NCBI GenBank assembly: GCA_002633005.1
Contig: NMRA01000020.1
Span: forward strand, 459,621 to 523,620
From: Phoronis australis
Lineage: Eukaryota > Animalia > Phoronida
Direction of reading: 5' to 3'
DNA: 64,000 bases
Translations under genes and position numbers: made by a program
Notes under the pieces: model-generated
What the model was told of the DNA's origin: nothing
Database searches by the model: none
What the model saw: the letters and a program-made list of their open reading frames with translations, nothing else
Shown: in pieces, positions 13,111 through 27,668 of the stretch
How the letters are laid out: each line of letters opens with the position of its first letter
Position numbering within the stretch: position 1 is the first letter of the stretch

Positions 13111-13777
13111 TAGTTAAGCTGGTTTTTGAGCAACGACGGAGGACTGCCAATAGTGAACTTAAGATCGACGTGTACTGAATTTAAAAAAACGGAAACACAC
13201 ACGCATGCATGTCAATCCACTGATCCACAATCAAAGTGGACACTAGATGACAAAATATTTGACGATCACTTTCAATTCAAAATTTGAAAATGTCTGCACT
13301 TGATTGTACTTTGCTATCAAGTATGACGAAACAGCAGACGATAAATCTATCTTCTCTTCTTTTGTTGTTTGGTCGTTTTTAAGGCATTCACACCGCACTA
13401 CTTTTTGGGATTTTGAGAGCTCTTTCGCTGCTAGCTTAGCTTGGCATAGACATTTACTTCCAGACTCCTCTGTTACCCGATGGTGTAGACACCACGTGCG
13501 TTCAATGTCCACGAATAACATAAAGCCTCCCGCTCTAATCAGCTGCACGATCCTGTCACTGAAACAGAACTCGGGTTGTCGGGATGATTACGTGAAGCAT
13601 TGTGAGTAAAAATTCAAAATTATTACTTTGGCTATCATTGTAGTTAGTAGCACGAGTGGCTGCAACACTTATGTTGTTGTTGTTGTCCTTCTATACCCTG
13701 GCTTTAAAGGAGAGGCTGGGTCTGGACCTTTTCCACGAGGCGGGAGAAGGAGGGTTCGAGCCCCCCCCCCCCTGGCT

Positions 13778-14379
13778 NNNNNNNNNNNNNNNNNNNNNNN
13801 NNNNNNNNNNNNNNNNNNNNNNNNNNNNNNNNNNNNNNNNNNNNNNNNNNNNNNNNNNNNNNNNNNNNNNNNNNNNNNNNNNNNNNNNNNNNNNNNNNNN
13901 NNNNNNNNNNNNNNNNNNNNNNNNNNNNNNNNNNNNNNNNNNNNNNNNNNNNNNNNNNNNNNNNNNNNNNNNNNNNNNNNNNNNNNNNNNNNNNNNNNNN
14001 NNNNNNNNNNNNNNNNNNNNNNNNNNNNNNNNNNNNNNNNNNNNNNNNNNNNNNNNNNNNNNNNNNNNNNNNNNNNNNNNNNNNNNNNNNNNNNNNNNNN
14101 NNNNNNNNNNNNNNNNNNNNNNNNNNNNNNNNNNNNNNNNNNNNNNNNNNNNNNNNNNNNNNNNNNNNNNNNNNNNNNNNNNNNNNNNNNNNNNNNNNNN
14201 NNNNNNNNNNNNNNNNNNNNNNNNNNNNNNNNNNNNNNNNNNNNNNNNNNNNNNNNNNNNNNNNNNNNNNNNNNNNNNNNNNNNNNNNNNNNNNNNNNNN
14301 NNNNNNNNNNNNNNNNNNNNNNNNNNNNNNNNNNNNNNNNNNNNNNNNNNNNNNNNNNNNNNNNNNNNNNNNNNNNNNN
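13778..14379. other. Assembly gap (602 N)
   Basis: Run of N; ORFs spanning it are artefacts. Confidence 0.99.
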
Positions 14380-14489
14380 CTGTTTAAGATATGCTCTGGC
14401 AACCTGCCATCGTACTGCCCATTTTCCGTGTCTAACATCCATCCCGGATTGTGGTGTGAACCTATGTGCCTGCTTATGCCGGCGTCCAC

Positions 14490-14810
14490 GTGAACGAAAA
14501 ATCGGATCACCTGGCTGGGGCATCTAACGACAACAGCCCTCTCAATCTCTACATCTCCGACATCAAGCTTTTGACTAGGCACTCTTCCACCGTCAACATC
14601 AAACAGAGATTGTCTACCTATGGCGACGGGACTCACATCCTGCACTCTGGAATTATATTTCCAACCTACAGCTCAAGCCGGTCCAGGGGCATACAGAGGC
14701 GACTGAAAAACCAACAACTACCGGGCAACATCAGTATTGGTTAGTTGACTTTTCCTGCTGTCAGGATGGAAGTGTGATGACACGATTAATGCCAAAACAC
14801 GTTGTCTATG
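14490..14810 (+). mobile_element. Degenerate non-LTR retrotransposon reverse-transcriptase fragment
   Basis: AGASNDNSPLNLYISDI...LSTYGDGTHI parallels the RT motifs GVPQGSVLSPLLFNLYISDI...YADDT in order and spacing. Confidence 0.45.
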
Positions 14811-15934
14811 ACCATGTTTGCGATAGGTAATTTGCAGGTAACTGGCTACGACCGACCCGTTCCAATACCCTGGCTACGAATGTGATACCAGTTGGCTGGT
14901 ACTGTTTCAGGTTCATAGAGGAAAAATAAGCAACTAAACACCAGGGCCCGGAATCTAATCTTTGTACTCGAAACGGACTCGAAATTATTTTTGGCAATAT
15001 AGACACTTGAATTCCCACAAAAGTAGAGTAGAAAATGCCAAACAGAGTTCCGAGTTTCATTTCGAGTAAAAAGATTTTAGAACCTGGACCCAGGTTACAT
15101 ATGATTTTCTAATACATTATTATTCACATTTATGTGAGTTTCTGTGGTCGTGCTTATAATTATTAGTTATCATGATAATCATTTACGGATTTTCAAAGTT
15201 GTGCTGCTGATTATGATAAACATTGATAACGAATCAGCTACTTGATTTAGGAAATAATTCATCACAATCTGCTGTATTTGCTGTGTTCAACTTAGGATAA
15301 TGTTGATTAGACACTACCTGGTTACCATGGCAACTATGCATTACTGCATTTCGCTCGACATCGGTTTATTTGAAGACTGGTTACCAAATCTGATTTTAGA
15401 CTTTAGAAAGCCGATACCTTAGGAGTACTAAATTTATCTTTTATCAATGTACGCGTGCGAACGTGACTGCTGGTCAATTAAATTGAGTGGACGTCGAGTG
15501 CAGCATGTTGTTTTTGGAAAAAACACAGCCACAGACAGTGAAATTACGTGTTGTCTGCAAGAAATAAATATTCAATATCTACGCAAATAAAACAGTGAAT
15601 ACATGCAGCTAAACGAAATGGAAACCTTTGCGCTGCATGGCCGGCGCTTGAGAGGCCTGTAGCAGCCTGTTGGTGAACCTGCATTCCGTAAATGCAAGAC
15701 ATTACCTATCTACCTGCGGTGAGAAATCTTCACTCAGAGACTGAAAACGATGAATTTTATCCTATATGGCCTAGAAAATTATTAATTCTATACAATAATT
15801 CAATATTTCAAATTCACTGATCGCCGTTTGCTAGGGTAGCCTACGTTAGTCAGGTTCCGAGCATATTCGAAGCACGCTCACCTTTTACTTGCGAGATCTT
15901 GCTTATCTCGCCAGTCACTCACGTCTACGGGTCA

Positions 15935-16061
15935 AGAGGGCCATGCCCCCCTAAAATTCTCCCAGATTCCATTTGGCAGGGTGCAAATGTCTGACAGGCA
16001 AAATCCTGGCTAATACTCTGCCCTGCCCTCCCCCTAACTCAAAATCCTGGATCCGCCCCTG
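15935..16061 (+). repeat. Copy of a short hAT-like MITE family (sister copy at 54038-54197)
   Basis: Shares cccagattccatttggca...ggcaaaatcctggctaatactctgccc...aactcaaaatcctggatc with the 54-kb copy; ends ggatccgcccctg. Confidence 0.75.
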
Positions 16062-16237
16062 CTCCTGCTCTGGCTTCGTTCCCGTAGAAGTAAGACTCTC
16101 GCAAAGAACGTGCGGAGGGAAATCTTCGCTTAAGGAAAGGACACAGTGAGTTGTATATGTAATTCAACACTCGCCGACCAATTACTTTAGTGGCCGCCAT
16201 TTTGTAAGGGTATGCCAGCATAGACTATAATACATGG

Positions 16238-16573
16238 CATAGGCGGATTTAGGGTGGGGCAGGCCCCCTTCCCCCCTCCCCCTTGGCTGCCGGAAAAAAT
16301 AAAATAGCTAGAGCCTGAGGCAAAATTTAGTTTAGTAATTAATCCTGGTAATTAACGAGAGGCTGAAACAAGATTTAGCGTGTTTGCGTGTGCGTTTGGG
16401 GGGGAACTTAGACCTAGTGGAAAGCGTCCTATCGAGACCAGCCTTTTTATAGTCCGGCGAGAAATTCGGGCACCCCTAGGATTTCCCAGCATTTAGGCTG
16501 AGTGCGCGCATGCAACCGATTGCCCAAGACAGCATGTTGGGCACCCCCTTATGATATCCTAGATCCGCCATTG
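16238..16573 (+). mobile_element. Non-autonomous TIR element with 5-bp TSD (CATGG)
   Basis: TIRs cataggcggatttagg / cctagatccgccattg; catgg at 16233-16237 and 16574-16578. Both ends are homologous to the inverted copy at 43931-44780. Confidence 0.75.
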
Positions 16574-19500
16574 CATGGACCGCCAACTCCGTAGACGTTC
16601 AATGGACGAAATCAGTGCTCTTACAGTAGCCCTGACGTCATTATTCACTAGCGACACCTGGCCAAATTATCTGGTGTTATTTCCGGCAAGTACGTCTGCT
16701 TAAAGTCCTTCAAGTTCTCTCACGCGTTGTTAACCCTTATTATATGGTTAGAAGATGTTATAAGGATCCAAGAAGTACCTACCCCATAACTAATACACGA
16801 TCCGTACTCGAAAACAGTTTCAATGAACGCGCCACTCACGATTCGCACCCGAAGAAACACCGCCATTTTGAACTTGCCGCGAACCCGGAAGTACAATTCA
16901 TTCAGGAACCCAGGCCGAGAAAACGCCGTCAGTGCGACTCGAGCAGTGCCTGTACTGTTACCAGCCAGCAAACGGGGATAAAATGATCGACAGCGCGCCT
17001 TAATTTTAATAAAATCAAACTACAGACAATTTTATCGAATTTGCTGAAGAAATGTGGCGAATAAATTTTGACAGAAATTATTTTGCCAGACTCGGGACCG
17101 CAGCCTATCGGACCCGGTGCGGATCGAGACCAGACACTGGCGAACGGTAAATGCATGCGGTTGCAAGCTGTTTTGTCGAAGTAAAATGGTCAAATGATAA
17201 ATGCTGCATATATTCAAGGGTAGTTTCAGACACTTGCATGAAATTACGGGCTGGTTAGTCCTGTGTCACACTGCCGCGGCAGACTTTAGTTAGCCTCAGT
17301 CACCAGCAACCAGTGAAGACTATAGTCAAAATACAGCTTGTTAGGCGGCCTATACAGCTTTGCGCCAAGACTACCCTTAGGCCTAACTGGTCGCTGGCCA
17401 CAAACACAAAAAACACGAAAATTGAACAAAGTTTCTTTTTTGTAGCAACGTTTGTCAAAATGTATCAACGTTAAATCTTCACAAATTACAAAGTAGCCGA
17501 TTGAACATGCCTTTCAGTTCAGCAAAAGTCGACATTGTAGGTGCCGCCAGAAATGAGACGAAGTCCAACGGGAATTGTGAGCACATTTATCACTTAATGA
17601 GTAACAACTGCGAGGCTGAAATTTGGTGAACACTGCTAAATCGTGCAGAATAGTAAGTAAAGTTATGTCTAACTAAATGTCACCGTAATTTGTTGGCGAA
17701 AACAATTTACACAAAGTTTTAAACTCGTAACTCATTTCGCTGTCCTCCAGGGCAATATGGCCGACGCGATCCAAACAAAGTGACCCAAATTTCGCCACAA
17801 AACTTACAATAACTTTACAGTGCTTGCCCCGATTTTGATACTTTTTCGATTTTTACTGAGTAGAATGTACTACCTTTCCGATGATAGCAAAGTACTTTTT
17901 CAAAACGAGGAAAAAAATAAAACTGAAAAAAATAGGTTCGACTCATATTGGTTCCTAGGTTCGACCGGCCTACGTAAGAAACTAAACACCAATGCTATTT
18001 TAACATACTAAGTACGCGTAACATTCCAAAAAAAATCAACGACCACAAACTACAAACTATAAATACACTACATATGCAAACGAATCACGATATATTACTA
18101 ATAAGACAATATAATGAAGACTTTTCGAGCAAACCATAGCACATTCAGTTACAAGGAAAAAATGGCGGCGTTCAGGACAAGTTCCTGAACTGATGAGCCG
18201 GAAATGTGGGTACGGAAATAACCGATGACAACCGGTAATCATACGGTTGAAAAATCGCTTTTGGCAAGAAAGGCGAAAAGAATGTAAAGAAAGGGTGCCG
18301 AAAATAAGATTTTATGTAGTAAGTATTTTCGGATACTGGAACCACATGGGCAGTTTGCAACAAGGACTTTAATCACGGCGTGCGTTCAGTAGGCGATAGG
18401 ACCTACGCTAGGACCTACGCTAGGACCTAGCTAAAAGCTAGTCAAAGTCACGTGCTCTCATTTAAAATGCACAGCAATATCTCACGTAATCTCGCGAAGT
18501 CTTGCTTTTTAGCGAGGTCCTAGCGTTACTGAACGGGTGGATGGTCGTCACAATACACTAACCGAAAACTGAAACAGATAATTTGGGAGAGTGGCGCCTC
18601 CTCTAGGATAGTACACTAGAAAATGTCGGAGTTCCGAATCTTTTGTCTATACTCTACGGTGCCAGTAAGTGTAGAAAGTTCACCGGCAATGAGAACGATC
18701 GTCGTTCACATTTGCCAGTTTGCATTGTGTATGCAGGTTAGGTTCCTGAATGGTACCGTGTTTTTCTAGAAATTTGACCATTAATGTACCAAAATTGTAG
18801 GCCAGTATTTTCCACTTGAAGTAATTGTCTAAGCAGTCACATTCCACTGAAAAGTAGTACCACATCGAAGAACATTGAATTTCTAACGATGTGAATTGCA
18901 AGGAAATATGTTATTGTTCTTGGCATTAGTGTAGACTTGTTGAAATTACAATGTCGAGTGTCAAGCCTACTCACTTGGTAGTCATTTTAGCCGTCTGACG
19001 CCGAATGATAACGTCAGTATTTTATCATTCCCTGGTATATATTCAGGGATTAACGGTACAAGAAATCAAATCTACGAAGGAGTTAAAAGAGTCTCCGAGG
19101 ACATATCACGCGTGCCAACAAACTGTTCCAGTTTTATTGGTTTGTGAACGAGCCTATCAGATCGAATCAAAGCCGATGCTTTTAACAGACCTACATACAA
19201 ATATTTTGGAAGAGATCATGATCTCAATGGCAACATTACAAAGATCAGCAAAATTCCCACGAGGATGTCTGTTTGGAAACTGCGTGCATTTGCTGGTAAA
19301 TGAATACTTATTGTTGCGATTCTCGCTCGGTTAACATGATTTTCGCTCAGAAATTAGCAAGAACGAGATTCTGTGAAGGAATAATTCCACGATAACACTA
19401 TGTACTACGGTAATGTTCTGATAATTGCAAAATGTTTATAAGTAAAGCCAGAGACGGTCAAATAAGGCTAAACGGAGGAATTGGAGAGAAGATAAAGTAA

Positions 19501-19799
19501 ACAGTTCATCAAAAATGTATGGATAACATTCTAGAAAAATGGCTGCAGCCATATGTTGTCCATGTGTCACATAACATGCGAACCATGTGGCTGTTTTGTA
19601 AACTAAGTTACGAAGTTACACGATCTCTGTCTATAGTGAAGGTATCGGGTTCTGCTAGTAATATTGTTGTAGAGCGCCAAAGAATATCTTTACTTTCCCA
19701 AACATTTATTTTTTGAATAGCCCCCCACTTATTTCAGTGCTGCGCCGCCCATGTTTTAGCGAATTACATGGCAACTGCGGAGAAAAGAACACCCACCAA

Positions 19800-19949
19800 A
19801 GACCGTTATGTCCAGTTTGTGAGATTGGGAGTATGAGTTTTTAGATGATTCCTGCCTTTGCTTTTCAAGACTGACCCCAATGATGCACTAGCAGGTGAAA
19901 GAACGAGGTTTGGGTGAAATCATCAAAACAGGGTTTAGTATCCCTTTAA
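19800..19949 (-). repeat. End fragment of a TTAA-flanked (Kolobok-like) non-autonomous DNA transposon family
   Basis: Reverse complement (ttaaagggatactaaaccctgttttgatgattt...) aligns with 59532-59680 and with 55500-55587. Confidence 0.6.
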
Positions 19950-21191
19950 CTTTGACAAGTCGCAAAATCTGTAATTTCTTTACGTAGGTGCCTTCCGCCC
20001 ACTTGGTCAGATGCGGGGTTTCTTTGATGGGCAATATGACCTAACTCAAACACGCCGTGAAACTATACAAGTGAACGATTCAATTAACGTTTTATTGACT
20101 GTAATTAGAGTGCATATTGTGAATGATATCTTGATTTACATGTAGGGATTCAATCAGAAAGTCTAGAGCTAAGAGAATGTCAGTAACAGGACTAAAGTTT
20201 ATGTTGTGCCGGTATCACGACCGACGAAATCAGTATTTAGCCAAATAATTAACTGAATTTTGATGTACATGTAATTGTTGATAACTTCACAACGTTTCGG
20301 ACACATCTACAAACATCCAGTGACAGAATTAACAAGTGTTTATGCATACTTTGTAGGTTTTGTCTGAATATATATCGGATTCTTAAATTTGTCGGAATAT
20401 TTCAAGTTACTTCTCTGTATTTTACTCGGTGCATATATTTACCGCCTAAATTTATACTTTGACATCGATGGCAGTCTTTCTATAATAGCGCCAAACGACG
20501 AGAAAAAACAAAACAAACTTGAAACATAATGCAAGCGGGATTGTCTAAATTCCATTGAATCATAAAAAATGTTTACGCAAATGAACTGCACCTTTGTTTA
20601 CTGCAAACTAACGCCCGCGTTTGTAATTTGAGATTTACAGACCTAGCATTCTCAAATTTCTAAGTCACCAAACAAATTGTGAGCTGACGTAAAGCGACCT
20701 GAAATACTACGTTGTACATAGTCGAACAATAGTGCGAAATAATGAATATGTCATTTAATTTTAATTAATACAAGCATAGTTAATCATAAGCTAATAACGT
20801 CGTTTACATCTCAGCGGTTTCAAATGACTGACGGATTAAAACTATGCTCATGGCGTCAAGCTGCTTTATCCTATCCTCGTAATTAAGATGGATGCAGGAA
20901 CATATCCGTGTTAATTAAACGTATGTTAAAAGTAGCGAAAAGAAGCCTTTATGTAGAATATAAGTCTGCCGTCATTCGGGTGCGTGACAGTTACAATATA
21001 ACCACGTAATAGCTTAATTAATGGATGAGGAAAAAGGGTGGCAACAGGAAACGGCGAGGCATTATGCTAGGGAAAGTTTCACTCGTTATCAACATATAAG
21101 TTATATCCTCATTGGGCAGTTATGCTTTTGCTAAAATTTAGGAAATTACATTATAAAAATTTAGGTAATTACATAATAAAACAACAACAAC

Positions 21192-21253
21192 CATCGTCGT
21201 CGTCGTCAACATTATCATCATCTTCATCATCATCATCGTCATCATCATCATCA
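21192..21253. repeat. (TCG/TCA)n microsatellite
   Basis: Directly visible trinucleotide run; explains the poly-Ser ORF. Confidence 0.95.
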
Positions 21254-22834
21254 TTGTTATTCGCAGTATTGAAAGTGGCGACTTTCGGTTCTATAGTTGA
21301 TGGTAATTATGATACCTGCCCTTTGCGTAGACCTCATTTGTTTGAAAGGGTGAATGAGAAAAAACAATTAAAAGCTTTGTCTTTCCTGTCCCAGGAATAA
21401 TTCAGGCAGATTCTTACAACATGTTAAGCATGCGCATTTTGAAAACCTCAGCTTACAAAGTGTGTCCATCGTTAGAAAGGTTTGGTGAACAGATCGCCGG
21501 ACAAGTATACGCATTGCACTCGTACGTGCGCGTCATAATATGAGTGTATATAATAAACAGTTGCAATAAAAAAGCAGATGAGGGGAGGAATGGAATTTAA
21601 TGCAGTCCTATCAGATCCGTGATTACAATGGTCTAACATGTAACATGTATACAATCTAACTAATAAATGTCCATGATTTAAATTAATCTATGCTCACCCC
21701 CATGAACGTCGCCATTGACACAGACATGATGTCTTGGTTTTAATTTTTGTTAGGACCGTTCTTGAAAACAAGCAGACGTCTTGAAAAAAACAATCTGGAA
21801 TAATGTTGAAATTAATATGCTTAATCGATAAATAACGTTCCACATGCGTTGTTACAAGCCATGAAGCTATACACGTGTTTTGCAGTTATGGCTAAAAGTA
21901 GCACAACTGGTTCTGTTCTCATCTTGAAACCTGGAAGCTGCCAGAGGTGGCGATGGGTACAGAAAGAATCCGAGCCATTTCAGCTCAGTGGCACCAGGTG
22001 ACGTTGGGGTGAAAGAAAGAACGGCCAGGTCCATTTCAGCTAGCGTCACTGAGATGACCTTTTATTTTTAAAAATATGAACTACTAAAGTAAACTTCCTA
22101 AAACGGTGCCAAATTTCAGATTTCAGAACTAATCACATTTTTATGCTGATCATTGACATAAACGGCGAGCGTGATGTTTTTATATTATCACTGTCCGACT
22201 CTGTTTTACTAGCTCATCTAACCTCCCCTCGGTAACTATCAAAGTATTTTACGCGATGAATTCACTTGCCTCAATTTCTTTGGATGACAGGCAGCCAACA
22301 GCAAGAATTGATGATTTGTAATGAAATCACAAAACAGCGGATTTTAAGCCAAAATTTAACGTATATAAATGGCTGTTTCTCCCAAGGGAAAGTCTCGTCG
22401 TACTTGTTACATTTGAACAAACATCTCAAGCTGAAATCTTTCATGTATTAAGAGTGACATTTTGTGCATCTAAAAGAACAGACAAGGAGGAAATTGGTTT
22501 TGAACTCATTTCTGTTTCACTTTGTATGAGGATTCTTAAATTCACTTAAACCAACATAAAAAGTTAGGTAAAATTTGTATTCTATTGATTGTTGTCAATA
22601 TATTCAGGAAATTTCAACAATTGGACCGTTAGATAACATTCGTGACAGTGTCATGGCAATAGATTCAGTGTGCTGCTAAAGTGCCGCTTCTTTTCTATGT
22701 GCTCATTTTTCCCGTCTCAAAAATGCCAGAAGATTTTAACACGTTAGTGTCATTCTTGGTAATTCTTTCAAACGAAACATTTGTATGCACTTCAGCACTG
22801 CAAAAACCAGGTTCTCTTGTTGTTTGAACCAACG

Positions 22835-22961
22835 GCATCAGACTACTTGGGTACATTGGTAACGAGCATCAGACTATTTGGGTACATTGGTAACGAGCAT
22901 CAGACTATTTGGGTACATTGGTAACTAGCATCAGACTATTTGGGTACATTGGTAACGAGCA
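22835..22961. repeat. Minisatellite, 31-bp unit x ~4
   Basis: Unit gcatcagactatttgggtacattggtaacga repeated head-to-tail without spacers. Confidence 0.95.
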
Positions 22962-24929
22962 CTTGGGAGCTATAATAGCCGCTAGATTGTCACATGTGTC
23001 CATTATGCAGCAAAGAAGTCAGTGGTGACTTACTGACAGCGAACAATACTAAAAAATTTGTCTCACCTGAAAACAAAATGACTTAATTGGAAAGCAAATT
23101 ACCGGACACGGCGGAATTGACATCGCCAATCGAGTTGACGTACAGGTTGTTGTGCACGGGAACAGGAAATCGAACTTTTTCACGCCATATGGTTAAACGC
23201 TGTCAGGGCCCGAGCTTCAGTCTCTGAACTTGAACTTGAACTAGGCCGTTATTCTTCCTCAGTCTAAATAGGTGCAATATCTTGTCTTGAACAAATTGTG
23301 GGTTCGTTATTCTTTCAGACCAAACTCGTGCATTTCCAGGTCACGGTGTGAAATGAAATTTTGTAGTCTTGGTTTGAAGAAATAAAGAATTGTCAGTTTT
23401 TATCGAGCTCAAAGATCATTTCTAAACTGAGTAAGGAACAATACAAGACCAATTTTATAATTGCCTAAACCAAAACTTGTCTTTTTGAAAGAAAGCACAG
23501 GTTTCATGACGCTTTCGCACAACATATAAACTCCATACTCGAGCAATGAAACTCGTGCCCCGAATCATGAGTGCGCGATTGGAGTTGGGTCTCCGGGCTG
23601 GGTGTGTAGCTTGGTCGACGGGTAGGCCCTGAAGTATTTTCGGCCGGTGCGTGTGCGAAGTTTGGGGTGCGGGTATAGGTTTTGTACCGCAGGTTTGGCA
23701 TTTGCTGGTCTGGGACTGGGGATTGTGGCTGTAATTTTAGAGAGTTGTCTCCACCTCCCAAACAAAATAGCAATATTTATTACCTTGTACAGTTTTGGTG
23801 GAAGCTTTCACTTTCGGTCGCGCTGTTCACAAAATGGTAGAAAAGCTACTGTAGACGTACTTACGAGGGAAAAATTCTCCTGGTGAAAAAACATCCGGAC
23901 GACTTCAAAATTTCGGTGACCTCAATTCGTCCATTTCATTCGTTGACACGTTACATCACTGCGAAAAAATGCCAGCAAACAAAGTAAAGAATTATGGGAG
24001 AGCTCGTTCTCCAACTAATTAACTCAACATGAAATCCACAACATTCTTCTTACATGAAGCCATTTACTATTAGTAATTAAGAACTGGCCAACTCAGTGAA
24101 GGTCAACGTAATTATGTTTCACATTAAATAGATGATATGATATAATGAGGATTACTGAACGACGAAGGTAATTGGATTCTACACTGACCAAGAACCACGT
24201 AGTAAAGCCATATAGATTAGGGTTGCATTCCATAGGGGCAAAACATTGGGAAAAAGCAAAAAATCGCATTTCTTCGAGAGAGATCGTCAAGTATTACAGG
24301 CGAAATACGTGACCATACTAAAATTACTCGCGTGTGCGAGTTAATGGGACGACTTTAAAGGTTGTAGACGCCTTTTTGGTCGTAAATCTGATTTTCACTT
24401 GTACATCTAACCTGTTACAACTTTTTCAAAATGTTCCACCAACGTAAGAATCTCGTAAAGGATGATAGTGCGATTACGTGCTTCGATTTTAATACAGGGC
24501 GACATCTCGTGAAATCTTGCGTGACCTGGCGTTTTTGCGAATTTCTCGCGTCTACAGAATGCAGGCTTGGTTTAAGATTTTAGATTTTTAAATAAATCTC
24601 TTAACTTTTCTTTGTTGTAAACCACTGACTTTTTAAACTTGTTTGAATTATCGCGCAAATTAAACAGTCGTCGGACATACATGACAGCGTCTTTAGGTAA
24701 CTAACTCAAAAAGGGGCGGATTGTAGCGTCTCTCGTCGCGGCCGACAGAAACCCAAATCCGTTTTCACTAGCTAAGAATATAGAATAAGAAAATTTAAAC
24801 TTTAAGCCTTTAAGTTATGTACTTTCTCTTTGCTTCAAATTTCTGAGTTCAAAAAATTGATGTTCAGTGTTGGACTAAGACCTCAGTTCGCCCGTCATCA
24901 TTGTTCCGTGTCAATGAAAGCCCTTGCTT

Positions 24930-25460
24930 GTACACTGTCTCAAGGCACCTGAAAAAGCATAACTGACAGAAAGTACGCTCTATGGGATTTCTCAAAGATG
25001 AAGAAAATCAACAAAGCCATGTCTTTATACCTGGCTACTTCCACCAAAAAGTTGATATTATGAAAAATGACCAAAAAGTGCGATTTTGGCCATTATTTAC
25101 CTAAAATCACAAATTCACGACTGTCCCGTTCTGGAGAAAAGACCGTAATCCGAATGCTCTTACATTCTAATTCCAAAAATTCAGGTGTCATTCCTTACCA
25201 GATTTTTGACAGTTTCACTTGTCTGAAGGGTACCTGGATTCGCACCAAGAATTCAACACTCAACGAGGATGTGCTCTTAAAATGGTGGCACTTCGGTATT
25301 AGAGTAGATAAGAGCAGAGGTCAGATTTCTGGATTCAATTTACTCAGAATAACTTCAAGGAAATACTGAAAACCAGTCGTGACGATCATTTCCCACTTTG
25401 TCCACAAGATTGCCGTCAAACCCGACCCACCTTATTTTCTTCATATTTTGTGGGGCTAAT
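24930..25460 (+). repeat. ~530-bp interspersed repeat (sister copy at 56100-56635)
   Basis: Shared blocks such as gacagaaagtacgctct, caacaaagccatgtctttatacct, cctaaaatcacaaattcacgactg and ccaagaattcaacactcaac occur in the same order in both copies. Confidence 0.9.
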
Positions 25461-27668
25461 AGACCGTCTGTCAACGGAATTGGCGGCCATGTTATTGGTG
25501 ACCACCACAAAATGAAACTTAAACATTTTACAGCGTCTTTTAAAAGATACTCTTTTCGCTTTATTTTCTACAAAAATTGATAAAACGGATTGTATGTCAT
25601 GTTAGTTCAGTCTTGTCTCTAACTGCAATGAATGTAATTAATTAGAAAGACTTGAGCGATCATACTTTGATGTCGACCTCTGCTTTGGTAACACGATTTT
25701 AATTCTTATGAAAATAAATATAAAGTAATAAAGAGTTCATTGTCAAAAGTGAACTGACACTGGTTTTAGTTCTATAAGTTTCATTTAGCTGTTTTAATTG
25801 TTTGTTAGGAGATAGCACTTCACTGACATGGCGTATGAGGTCAAGCCAGTGATGTATTTTTTACAATAGAATGCTTGAGAAAATTCTAGTATATTCGTGA
25901 TTAATACAGAACCATAGTCTGTAATACTCTAGAGCCAAGTATATTTTATATTGGGTAGATTCTTAAAAGCTCTAGAATGCTGTTGGAATGTTGGAAAGTT
26001 CCAGAAAATTGTAAAAGACTATGGATACCCGGGCACGGGTTAATGGAAAGTCAGCTTTTAAGTGAAAGAGTTACAGATACATTTACAGATACATGACAAG
26101 TTGCAGTTGAGCTGCAGTTACAGGATCAGCAGTTACAGTGTTAATCAGCAAAGAGCCAGCTATAGAGACAGCATGTTATTTAATCAACGGACTATCAGTT
26201 GTTGGAAGTGAGTCAGGAGTTTGTCACAAGTCGAGGCTTTGCAGCACTGGCTGGAGCACAGAACAGACAAGAGGTCGGTCGTTTTGTTTGAGTAGTATTA
26301 TGTATGGACGGTCGATGTTACTAAGGTGATTAGCTCGAGCTAGTCTTCAGTCGATCGTTGCATCGAAAGTTACTAGCACCCGCGCACGTCACCGAATTCG
26401 GAATTTTTAAGCCTTTTTATGTCATCGGAATTCTGACTCCTCATTTGTTTTTAAGAAAGCATAAAATATAAATCACTTAGTGAATGCATACCCGCGTGAA
26501 AGCATCGCAAGGTGTGTTTTCAAAGGTCGTTGTTTACAGACTTAACACTCGTCATTTGCGCGGGTTTTAAATAGCGCGTGTACGCTGAACGTGATGACAC
26601 GCAATTTGCGATCGCATTGCTATTCGCGTGTTTGGTATGGAGTCATTTGACGTTTTCGATGGACCCTTCACATAATATTGAAAATAGTAATAATAATAAT
26701 AATTCGGCCAGATTTACGTTGTGCTGTAAATTAATAAGTTCTTCGAAAATTATTACCTGGCTATGGACCGGGTCAATATTAATCTTTCTCAACTCTCAGA
26801 AAGCATACAATGGGTAAAACAAGTGTCGGAGCACACCGACTAATGCAAACGCATAATTCTGTAAACATTTCAAGTGCTAAATTTCCCTCGCGGTTATCTG
26901 AATCGGAAAAAATCGAAGGCCTGCAAAACTTGAAATAGTGGTTTGATTGCATTTGTGTTCCTTTTTGTTGATCCAAATCGTCTCACTGAGGCAGATATAT
27001 CATCACTAAATATCCGAAATGGAATGACGTTTGTCGACTCTTTGCATTAAAAACACCGTTGCATGGCCGCAAATCATGGTAGCTTTTCCAAAATGTAATC
27101 TTCTGTTCTTTTGTCTATTCCAAACATGTGCAGGACGTTTTTTCAAAGTCTCTCCACATCGTCTTGAAAGTTAGCTGACTGACCGAACGATTGATCCGCA
27201 GTAGGATCGAAAACACAAACAAAGCATCCTTCCATAAACTACTTAGCGGATGAAATCACATAATAAAGCGATTATTGACTATCAGACTAGGTCAATATGT
27301 TGGTTTTCAAAACCCAGAAATGTTGATGCCCCGCCAGGCTTGGTCTTTATCACAGTCTTGGTGTCTGGCCAACATAATGACCTCGCTGAAAGTCATTAAT
27401 TGTGCATAAATAAATTATAGATTTAATTGTTTAGAACTTAGCTACTTTATTTGTGCACCACCACCTAAAATGGCAGCTGCAGTGAGCGTCAGCTGACTCA
27501 CGCATTATGGGTATTCACTCAAATTAATTTTAAAACGCAAAAACACCCGGGGCTGAAAGTCACGAAATATTTATATTTTAGTGACATATCTTTTGACTGA
27601 GGAAACTTTACCCCGTGTGAATTTAAAGGAAAGGGTCGCTTTAATGTTCGCTGACGTGCTGTTGCGGT

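Noticed and set aside
13628-14645. Four long ORFs of 243-313 aa
   Set aside because: They are open only because they span the N gap.
22835-22961. CRISPR-like array (31-bp repeats)
   Set aside because: Units are contiguous with no unique spacers, there are no cas genes, and the context is eukaryotic; it is a minisatellite.
25850-26380. Possible solo LTR (TG start, tctaga-rich)
   Set aside because: No matching CA terminus with a TSD could be defined.
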